Assembly (NCBI GenBank): GCA_031390755.1
Contig: JANMTS010000060.1
Span: forward strand, 700-64,699
DNA: 64,000 nt
Direction of reading: 5' to 3'
Origin: Holophagales bacterium
Lineage (GTDB): Bacteria; Acidobacteriota; Thermoanaerobaculia; Multivoradales; UBA5704
In this document: positions 22,546-30,177 of the stretch, in pieces
How the letters are laid out: each line of letters starts with the position of its first letter
Position numbering within the stretch: the stretch's first letter is position 1
The notes under the pieces: generated by a model
What the model saw: only the letters and a program-made list of their open reading frames with translations
Told to the model about the DNA's origin: nothing
The model's database searches: none
Position numbers and translations under genes: made by a program

Positions 22546-24219
22546 ATGCCTGAATATCTGTCTCCCGGAGTGTACGTCGAGGAGGTCTCCTCGGGGATCA
22601 AGCCCATCGAAGGGGTCGGAACCTCCACCGGCGCCTTCGTCGGCGGCGCCGTGAAAGGGCCGGTCGACAAGGCGGTCCTGGTCACCAACTTCACACAGTT
22701 CGTCGACACGTTCGGCAGCTTTCACCCCAACCACTACCTGGCCTACGCGGTGCGCCACTTCTTCCTCGAAGGGGGCACGCGTTGTTACGTCGTCCGCGCC
22801 TTCCACCCGACCGACATTCCCAAGCCTCTCCCGCCGGACTGGCCCTGGCCCTCGGGTGTCCTACCGGATTTCGCCTGGTCGAAGCTCAAAGAGAACAAAA
22901 CGGACACAACCAACAACAAGGAAGTCCTCCTCGTGGCGGCCAACAGCCCGGGAGCCTGGGGCAATGATCTGTCGATCAAGATCGAGAAGGCCTCGTTCGA
23001 TCCGCGCGACGCCACGGACGCGGAGATGCGCTTCAAGCTGACCGTCCTGGCAAAGCGACCGGGGGCTTCGGCGGAAGCAGTGGAGGTCTTCGACTCTCTT
23101 ACCTTGGCCGACTTCATCGGCAACACCAAGCTGCCCAACCCGAACCACGCCGAGATACGGATCAATGGCACGTCCCGCTACATCCGGGTCTCCGACCTGA
23201 CGGCCACCGACAAGCTCATGAAGCCCTTCTTCGAGCCCGAACCCACCCCGCTCAAAGAAGGCCTCGACGGCGGCGTCAAGGCCGACGGCCCACTCCTGGA
23301 GCTGGGCGACCTCACGGGAGACGAGGCGAAGCGCACCGGTCTTCATGCGTTCGACCCGGTCGACGACATCAACATCGTCGCCATCCCGGACTTGATGCAG
23401 CTCGACGCTGCTGGAGACCAAAGCGCTACGAACGCGCGCGCCGGCACGCTCGCCGGCCTCACCTACTGCCAGAACCGCAAGGACTGCTTCTTCGTCGCCG
23501 ACATGCCCAGGGGCAAGACGCCGCAGGAGGCGCTCGCCTACAAGCAGGCGCAGGCGCCGTTCAGCGGCAGCCCGTTCAACTCGTCCTTCGGCGCGCTCTA
23601 CTACCCGTGGATCTGGGTGGACGACCCGGTCACCGGCGGGCGCAAGCTCTTCCCGCCCTCGGGGGCCGTCGCCGGCTCCTACTCCGGCACCGACGTGCGG
23701 CGCGGCGTCCACAAGGCGCCCGCCGGCACCGAGGACGGCTACCTGAACGCCGCCCTCGACATCGAGCGCACCCTGACCAAGGGCGAGCACGACACGCTCA
23801 ACCCCAACGGCGTCAACGTCATCCGCAAGTTCCCCGAGGCGGGCATCGTCCTCTGGGGCGCCCGCACGCTGTCGGCCGACCCGGAGTGGAAGTACCTCAA
23901 CGTCCGGCGCCTCTTCCTGTTCCTCGAAGAGTCGATCTTCAAGGGCACCCAGTGGGTGGTCTTCGAGCCCAACGACCCCGTGCTGTGGAAGCGCATCGTG
24001 CGCAACATCAGCGCCTTCCTGCGGGTGCAGTGGAGCGAGGGCAAGCTGGTGGGCGCCAAGCCGGAGGAGGCGTTCTTCGTCAAGTGCGACGCGGAGACCA
24101 ATCCTCCGGAGTCGGTCGACCTGGGCCGCGTGATCACGGTCATCGGCGTCGCGCCCTCGAAACCCGCCGAGTTCGTCATTTTCCGCATCTCCCAGTTCCA
24201 GCCCGGGGCGGGCGACTGA
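22546..24219 (+). CDS. contractile tail sheath protein 1
   Basis: Classic N-terminus MPEYLSPGVYVEEVSSGIKPIEGVGTSTGAFVG. C-terminal 'GVNVIRKFPEAGIVLWGARTL...EAFFVKCD'. Confidence 0.95.
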   Translation: MPEYLSPGVYVEEVSSGIKPIEGVGTSTGAFVGGAVKGPVDKAVLVTNFTQFVDTFGSFHPNHYLAYAVRHFFLEGGTRCYVVRAFHPTDIPKPLPPDWPWPSGVLPDFAWSKLKENKTDTTNNKEVLLVAANSPGAWGNDLSIKIEKASFDPRDATDAEMRFKLTVLAKRPGASAEAVEVFDSLTLADFIGNTKLPNPNHAEIRINGTSRYIRVSDLTATDKLMKPFFEPEPTPLKEGLDGGVKADGPLLELGDLTGDEAKRTGLHAFDPVDDINIVAIPDLMQLDAAGDQSATNARAGTLAGLTYCQNRKDCFFVADMPRGKTPQEALAYKQAQAPFSGSPFNSSFGALYYPWIWVDDPVTGGRKLFPPSGAVAGSYSGTDVRRGVHKAPAGTEDGYLNAALDIERTLTKGEHDTLNPNGVNVIRKFPEAGIVLWGARTLSADPEWKYLNVRRLFLFLEESIFKGTQWVVFEPNDPVLWKRIVRNISAFLRVQWSEGKLVGAKPEEAFFVKCDAETNPPESVDLGRVITVIGVAPSKPAEFVIFRISQFQPGAGD

Positions 24220-24243
24220 GGCGAGCACAAGGAGAGACCCGCC

Positions 24244-24681
24244 ATGCCACGGAGAGCGACCGATCCCTATGCCTCGTTCAACTTCCTCCTGGAGATCGAC
24301 GGCATCGCCAAGGCCGGATTTTCGGAGGTCACCGGCCTCAACGCCGAGGCCAACATCATCGAGTACCGGGAGGGCGGCGACAAGGCCAACACCATGCGCA
24401 AGCTGCCGGGCCTCGAGAAGTACGGCAACGTGACGCTCAAGCGCGGCGTCAGCCAGGACCCCGAGCTGTTCACCTGGCACAAGACCGTGATCGACGGCGA
24501 CATCGTGCGCGACGAGGCGATGTCGATCGTGCTGCTCGACGAGAAGCGCCAGGAGGCGGCGCGCTGGAACCTGCTCCAGGCCTGGGCGGTGAAGTGGGTG
24601 GGGCCGGACCTCAAGGCCGGCGCCAACGAGATCGCCATCGAATCCCTCGAGCTCGCCCATGAGGGCGTGGAGCGCCAGTGA
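24244..24681 (+). CDS. tail tube protein 1 (T4 gp19-like)
   Basis: MPRRATDPYASFNFLLEIDGIAKAGFSEVTGL...YGNVTLKRGV...ESLELAHEG. Confidence 0.9.
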   Translation: MPRRATDPYASFNFLLEIDGIAKAGFSEVTGLNAEANIIEYREGGDKANTMRKLPGLEKYGNVTLKRGVSQDPELFTWHKTVIDGDIVRDEAMSIVLLDEKRQEAARWNLLQAWAVKWVGPDLKAGANEIAIESLELAHEGVERQ

Positions 24682-25061
24682 TGTTGCAGACCGAGTTCGA
24701 GGTCACGCTGCCCAAGGGGTACGTCGACAAGGACGGCAACCTGCACCGCACGGGGATCATGCGTCTCGCCAACGCGCGCGACGAGATCGCGCCGCTCCAG
24801 GACCCGCGGGTGCAGCGCAATCCGGCCTACCTGACGGTGATCCTGCTGTCGCGGGTGCTCATCAAGCTGGGCGAGGTGCGCGAGGTCACGCCGGCCACGA
24901 TCGAGGGGCTGTTCTCGGCCGACTTCGCCTATCTCCAGGATTTCTACGGCCGGATCAACGCCAACGGGCACAGCGCCGTGACGATCGAATGCCCGGAGTG
25001 CGAGGCGCGCTTCCAGGTCACGCAGGATCTCCTGGAAGGAGGGCCGGACGCGGGGGGGTAG
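24681..25061 (+). CDS. tail assembly chaperone-like protein (zinc-ribbon C-terminus)
   Basis: ATG 24681 overlaps the tube stop (TGATG). It sits immediately after the sheath-tube pair, as P2 gpE does. 'CPECEARF'. It ends at a G7 tract followed by TAG. Confidence 0.55.
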   Translation: MLQTEFEVTLPKGYVDKDGNLHRTGIMRLANARDEIAPLQDPRVQRNPAYLTVILLSRVLIKLGEVREVTPATIEGLFSADFAYLQDFYGRINANGHSAVTIECPECEARFQVTQDLLEGGPDAGG

Positions 25062-25228
25062 CTTGCTATCCCCTGGACCAGGCGGCCAGGGAGGTAGCGT
25101 ACATCGCCTACTACTTTCATTGGCCGCGCGAGGAGATCCTCGACCTGCCCCACCGTGAGCGGCGGCGATGGGTGGAGGAGATCGCGCGGATCAACCAGGA
25201 GATCAACGAGGCGGCCGAGCGGGCCTGA
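25058..25228 (+). CDS. -1-frame extension ORF lacking its own start codon
   Basis: Own reading of the -1 frame from 25058: VACYPLDQAAREVAYIAYYFHWPREEILDLPHRERRRWVEEIARINQEINEAAERA*. No ATG/GTG/TTG occurs in that frame before GTG 25172. Confidence 0.45.
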   Translation, partial: VACYPLDQAAREVAYIAYYFHWPREEILDLPHRERRRWVEEIARINQEINEAAERA

Positions 25229-25266
25229 CAGGCTTGATCGAGCCGCCGGAGAGGGAGACCCAGGCC

Positions 25267-26949
25267 ATGGAGGCGAGAGCCCCGGGAGCACAGATCCGCG
25301 AGGTCGAGCTGGCGCCGCCGGCCTTCCTCCAGCTCAGCGTGGCCGGGTTCGTCGGCCAGGCCGAGCGCGGACCGATGCACAGCCCTCAGCTGCTGACGAG
25401 CTGGGGGCAGTTCACCGACGTCTTCGGCGGCTTCACGGGGCGTTCGTTCCTGGCCTACGCCGTGTTCGGCTTCTTCGCCAACGGCGGCCGGCGCTGCTGG
25501 GTGGTACGCACGGCGCACTGGCAGTCGCAGACGGCGCGACTCGATCTCCTCGATCCCGCCGGGACCTCCCGGATCGCCGTCCATGCGCTCGATCCCGGCG
25601 GCTGGGGGAACGCGATCGAGGTGGACTGCCGCCCGGTCCCCGACAAACGGATTCCGGGCGGCTTCCGCCTGGCCTTCCGTTACCGTCCCGGAGGCCGGAC
25701 GGTGCGGGAGGAGATCTTCGACGACCTCTCCCCCGATCCGGAGCACAAGCGGTATTTCGTGCGGCTCGTCAACGGCGATCCTCCGGCCGAGAGCTATGTC
25801 GAGAAGGCCCGGCAGGGGTGCTCGACCCTGGTGCGGGTCGAGGCGCTCGGGGCCGGTTCGCCGGCGGTCGTCACAGGGATCGCGGGCGTCAATGGCGCGC
25901 CGCTCGCCAGGGGCGAGGACGGTCCGTGGCGCCTCACCGTGGCCCACTATGTGGGATACGAGGACGGCGTGCTCTTCCGGCCGCAGGGCCTGCCGAAGGG
26001 GACGCTGGGCGGGCTCGCCGCGTTCGAGCGCATCTCCGAGATCGGCACCGTGGCGATCCCCGACCTGATCCTCCCCGAGCTGATCCCGCCGGGCGACGCC
26101 GTTCCCACCCGGGGACCGGTCTTCGCCGGCGCCCCGGCCGGCAGCCTGGAGGGGATGCTCGAAGGGCAGCGCGAGATGCTGCGCCACTGCCGCCGCAGGG
26201 GCGAGCGGTTCGCCCTGCTCGACGCGCCGCGCGGCGCCGAGCCCGGGCGCGGGGTGCGCCCGGTCGAGGACTGGGCGGGCAAGCTTTCCGATCTTCCCGA
26301 GGCGCGCGACGGCGCGCTCTACCACCCCTGGCTCCGCCATCGCGCCGCGGACTTCGGCGGGCGCGACCTGCTGATCCCGCCGTGCGGCCACGTGGCCGGC
26401 ATCTACGCCCGCAGCGAGGAGCGGCGCGGCGTGGGCAAGGCGCCGGCCAACGAGATCCTCCAGGGCGCCGTGAGCCTGGAGCTGTGTCTCGACGACGCCC
26501 GCCAGGCGCTGGTCAATTCCCTGGGCGTGAACTGCCTGCGCGTCTTCCCCGGCCGCGGCCTGCGCGTCTGGGGCGCGCGCACCCTCAGCCGCGACCCGCA
26601 GTGGAGCTACGTCAACGTGCGCCGGGTGGCCCTGGCGATCGTCAAGCAGATCCTGGTCCGCCTGCGCTGGACGGCGTTCGAGCCCAACGGCCCCGGACTG
26701 TGGCGGGCGGTCACCGCGACGCTGACCCTCTTCCTGCTCCAGCTCCTGGAGAGCGGCGCCCTCGCCGGAGCCTCGGCGGCCGAGGCCTTCTTCGTCCAGT
26801 GCGACGAGGAGACGAACCCGCCCGAGCTCACCGGGCAGGGCCAGATGCTGGCGCGGATCGGCTTCGCGCCGGCCCGGCCCGCCGAGTTCGTGGTGGTCAC
26901 CCTCCGCCGGACCGCCGAATCGCTGGTGGTCACGGAGCAGGGGCTCTAG
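25267..26949 (+). CDS. contractile tail sheath protein 2 (paralog)
   Basis: Start MEARAPGAQIREV (ATG 25267, preceded by ggagaggga). 'GVNCLRVFPGRGLRVWGARTL...EAFFVQCD' parallels sheath 1. Confidence 0.9.
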   Translation: MEARAPGAQIREVELAPPAFLQLSVAGFVGQAERGPMHSPQLLTSWGQFTDVFGGFTGRSFLAYAVFGFFANGGRRCWVVRTAHWQSQTARLDLLDPAGTSRIAVHALDPGGWGNAIEVDCRPVPDKRIPGGFRLAFRYRPGGRTVREEIFDDLSPDPEHKRYFVRLVNGDPPAESYVEKARQGCSTLVRVEALGAGSPAVVTGIAGVNGAPLARGEDGPWRLTVAHYVGYEDGVLFRPQGLPKGTLGGLAAFERISEIGTVAIPDLILPELIPPGDAVPTRGPVFAGAPAGSLEGMLEGQREMLRHCRRRGERFALLDAPRGAEPGRGVRPVEDWAGKLSDLPEARDGALYHPWLRHRAADFGGRDLLIPPCGHVAGIYARSEERRGVGKAPANEILQGAVSLELCLDDARQALVNSLGVNCLRVFPGRGLRVWGARTLSRDPQWSYVNVRRVALAIVKQILVRLRWTAFEPNGPGLWRAVTATLTLFLLQLLESGALAGASAAEAFFVQCDEETNPPELTGQGQMLARIGFAPARPAEFVVVTLRRTAESLVVTEQGL

Positions 26950-26958
26950 GAGAGGACG

Positions 26959-27405
26959 ATGGCGCGCCGAAGCACCGATCCGTACGCGGGCTACCGCTTC
27001 CTCCTCCAGCTCGGGGTGCTGCCCGCGGCCGGCTTTGCCGAGTGCACCGGCCTCCAGGCCGAGACCAAGGTCTTGGACTACGTCGAGGGCGGGCGCAACG
27101 GCACGACCCTCAAGTTCCCGGAGGCCACCGGCTACTCCAACGTCGTGCTCAAGCGGGGGGTCGGCCTCTCGAACGAGCTTCTCTACTGGCAGCTCGACGC
27201 CGCGCACGGGCTCTTCGTTCTCAACCCCCGGCTGGTCGTCAACACCGCCATCGTGCTCCAGGACGAGCGCGGCCGGCCCGTCCGCTTCTGGCTGCTGAAG
27301 CGGGCCTTTCCGGTCAAGTGGACAGGACCGGACCTCAAGGCGGGGGCGAACGAGGTCGCCATCGAGTCGCTGGAGCTCGCCCATGAGGGGATCGTGCCGC
27401 TATGA
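26959..27405 (+). CDS. tail tube protein 2 (paralog)
   Basis: MARRSTDPYAGYRFLLQLGVLPAAGFAECTGLQAE...YSNVVLKRGV...ESLELAHEG. Confidence 0.9.
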   Translation: MARRSTDPYAGYRFLLQLGVLPAAGFAECTGLQAETKVLDYVEGGRNGTTLKFPEATGYSNVVLKRGVGLSNELLYWQLDAAHGLFVLNPRLVVNTAIVLQDERGRPVRFWLLKRAFPVKWTGPDLKAGANEVAIESLELAHEGIVPL

Positions 27406-27974
27406 GCGCCTCCTCGGCCCTGGGCGACGTCACCCGCACGCTCGAGGATCTGCTCACCCGCGAGCAGCGGCCCGCCGGGCTGTTCGAGGTCTCCCTGCGC
27501 TCGCCCGCCGACGAGACGGTCGAGCCGTCGATGAAGCCCAAGATCAACGTCTATCTCTTCCGGGTGGAGGAGAACGCCAACGCCAAGAACCGGCCCTGGC
27601 CGGTCACCGGGAGCGAATCGCGGCGCTATCCGCCGCTGGCGCTCGACCTGTTCTACGTGCTCACGCCCTACGCCGACCGGCTGGTGGACGAGCAGACGGT
27701 GCTCGGCGAAGCCATGCGCGTGCTGCACGAGAACACGGTCGTGGAGGGCGACGCCCTGCGCGGCTCCCTGCGCCACTCGGGCGAGGATCTCAAGATCGAC
27801 CTCGGCCGCTGCGACGTCGAGAGCCTCACCCGCATCTGGAACGCGTTCAATCAGCCGTACCGCCTGTCCGTCTGCTACGAGGTCCGGGCCGTGCTCGTGG
27901 ATGCCGTGCGCGAAATCCGCACGGCCCGCGCCGGGGAGACCGCGGAGGAATATGAGAGTCTCGACGATCGTTGA
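27402..27974 (+). CDS. DUF4255 (Afp16/Pvc16-like) tail terminator/cap protein
   Basis: ATGA overlap with tube 2. 'INVYLFRVEENANAKN...PPLALDLFYVLTPY' is the typical DUF4255 signature. Confidence 0.85.
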   Translation: MSASSALGDVTRTLEDLLTREQRPAGLFEVSLRSPADETVEPSMKPKINVYLFRVEENANAKNRPWPVTGSESRRYPPLALDLFYVLTPYADRLVDEQTVLGEAMRVLHENTVVEGDALRGSLRHSGEDLKIDLGRCDVESLTRIWNAFNQPYRLSVCYEVRAVLVDAVREIRTARAGETAEEYESLDDR

Positions 27975-30177
27975 GGCGCCATCCGCGGTTGGCCCCGCGG
28001 TTGGCTCCGCGGTAGGTGATACCGGCGATCTTGACGAGCGCGGGCACCTGCTCGCGGCGCTCGACCGGATCGACGTCCTGCTGCGCCTGGCCGCGACCCG
28101 GCGGCGGCGCGACCCGTCGGCGGCCGAGGCCGACGGCTTCCGCGGCCTCTACATCTCGGAGGAGGAGATCCGGCGGCTGTGCGAGCCGGCCCCGCCCCCG
28201 GCTCCCCGCTCGGGTGAACGCTCGGAGGAAGAAGAGGATCTGCTCGCGGCGCTCGCCCTCGCCGAGGACGATCTGGCGCGGCACACCGCCGCCGCCCTGG
28301 CCGCCGGGGTGCGGCTCCCCCTCGCCGAGCTGGCGGAGCGCTTTGCGCTGTCGCCGTTCGACGTCGACGCGCTGCTGCTGTGCCTGGCGCCGGAGCTCGA
28401 CAGCCGGTGCGAGACGCTGTACGCCTACCTTCAGGACGACGTCACCCGCCGCCGCCCGACCGCCGGCCTGATCCTCTCCCTGCTCGCGCCGTCGCGCGGC
28501 GAGCGGCTGGCGCTCCATGCCCGGCTCGCGGCCGGAGCGCCGCTGCTGCGCCACGGCCTGCTGGTCTGGGTCGCGACCGAGGACGAGGCTCCGTTCCCCT
28601 CCCGCCCGCTGCGTCTCGACGACCGCATCGTCCACGTCCTCCTCGGCCTGGATCTCCCGGACGAGCGGCTCGCCCCGTTCGCGCGCCGGATCGCGCCGCG
28701 GGCTCCGCTCCGCGAGGTGATGCTGCCCGCCGGGCTCGGACCGGAGGTGCTGCGCGCCCGGACCGGCGGCGGCCCCGCCCGGCTGGTGTTCCAGGGGGAG
28801 CCCGGCGCCGGCCGGCGGCTCGCCGCCGAGGCCCTGTGCGCGGAGGCCGGCCTCGGGCTGCTGGAGGTGGACACGCCGGCCCTGCTCGCCCAGGGGTCCG
28901 AGATCCGCGCCCTCGCCGCGCGGCTGCCGCGCGAGGCGGCTCTCCTCGGCTGCGCCGTCTATCTCGACGGCGCCGAGGCGCTCCTGGACGACGTAGCGGC
29001 CCCGGCCGCCCGCGAGGTGCTCGGCGCCCTGGAGGGCTTCCCCGGCGCGCTCGTCCTCGGCACGGCCCGGCCCTGGCCCCCGGGCCGGCTGACCGAGGCC
29101 GGGCTGCTGCGGATCGACTTCCCGGCTCCCGACCCCGGGCAGCGGCGGGCGCTGTGGCGGGCGGCCGTCCGCCGCCACGGTCTCGCCGCCATCCCGGAGG
29201 CCGGCCTCGACGCCCTGGCCGAGCGCTATGCCTTCAACGCCGGGAGCATCGACCGCGCCGCGGCCGAGGCCGCCTGCGCGGGGGCCGGTCCTGAGGTCGG
29301 CGATCTCGACCGGGCCTGCCGCGCCCAGACCGGCGGCGTCCTCGCCGCGCTCGCGCGCCGGATCCCGACGCTCTCCACCTGGGACGACCTGGTGCTGCCG
29401 GCTGGCAGCCTGTCCCAGCTCCGCGAGCTGTGCGCCCACGTCGAGCACCGCCGGCAGGTCTTCGAGGGCTGGGGCTTCGAGCGCAGGATCGCGCGCGGCA
29501 AGGGGATCGCCGCCCTGTTCGCCGGTCCCTCGGGCGCCGGCAAGACCCTGGCCGCCGAGGTCGTGGCCGGGGCGCTGGGGCTGGAGCTGTTCCGGATCGA
29601 TCTCTCCGCGATCGTCTCCAAGTACATCGGGGAGACCGAGAAGAACCTCGCCCGCATCTTCACCGCGGCCGAGGAGGGTCACGCCGTCCTCTTCTTCGAC
29701 GAGGCCGACGCGATCTTCGGCAAGCGCTCTCAAGTCAAGGACGCCCACGACCGCTACGCCAACATTGAGGTCAACTACCTGTTGCAGCGCCTGGAGGATC
29801 ACCCCGGCGTGGTGATCCTGGCCAGCAACTTCCGCAAGAACATCGACGAGGCCTTCACGCGCCGCCTGCGCTTCGTGGTCGAGCTGCCGCTGCCTGACGA
29901 GGCTCTGCGCCGCGATCTCTGGAGGAAGCTCTTTCCCCCGGAGGCGCCGCTCGCGGCCGGCGTCGACTTCGAGTTCCTGGCCCGCCGCTTCAAGATCACC
30001 GGCGGCAGCATCCGCAACATCGTCCTCCATGCCGCCTTCCTGGCCGCGGCGGCCGGCGCCCCCGTGGGCATGGAGCACGTGCTGCGCTCCACCCGGCGCG
30101 AGCTCGCCAAGAGCGGCCATCTCTGCCTGCGCGCGGACTTCGAGCCCTACGCCGACCTGGCCGGAGAGGAGTCATGA
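27952..30177 (+). CDS. AAA+ ATPase (Afp15-like)
   Basis: ATG 27952 follows ggagga. C-terminal AAA module with 'FAGPSGAGKTLAAE', 'VLFFDEADAIFGKR', 'ILASNFRKNIDEAFTRRL'. Confidence 0.9.
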   Translation: MRVSTIVEAPSAVGPAVGSAVGDTGDLDERGHLLAALDRIDVLLRLAATRRRRDPSAAEADGFRGLYISEEEIRRLCEPAPPPAPRSGERSEEEEDLLAALALAEDDLARHTAAALAAGVRLPLAELAERFALSPFDVDALLLCLAPELDSRCETLYAYLQDDVTRRRPTAGLILSLLAPSRGERLALHARLAAGAPLLRHGLLVWVATEDEAPFPSRPLRLDDRIVHVLLGLDLPDERLAPFARRIAPRAPLREVMLPAGLGPEVLRARTGGGPARLVFQGEPGAGRRLAAEALCAEAGLGLLEVDTPALLAQGSEIRALAARLPREAALLGCAVYLDGAEALLDDVAAPAAREVLGALEGFPGALVLGTARPWPPGRLTEAGLLRIDFPAPDPGQRRALWRAAVRRHGLAAIPEAGLDALAERYAFNAGSIDRAAAEAACAGAGPEVGDLDRACRAQTGGVLAALARRIPTLSTWDDLVLPAGSLSQLRELCAHVEHRRQVFEGWGFERRIARGKGIAALFAGPSGAGKTLAAEVVAGALGLELFRIDLSAIVSKYIGETEKNLARIFTAAEEGHAVLFFDEADAIFGKRSQVKDAHDRYANIEVNYLLQRLEDHPGVVILASNFRKNIDEAFTRRLRFVVELPLPDEALRRDLWRKLFPPEAPLAAGVDFEFLARRFKITGGSIRNIVLHAAFLAAAAGAPVGMEHVLRSTRRELAKSGHLCLRADFEPYADLAGEES

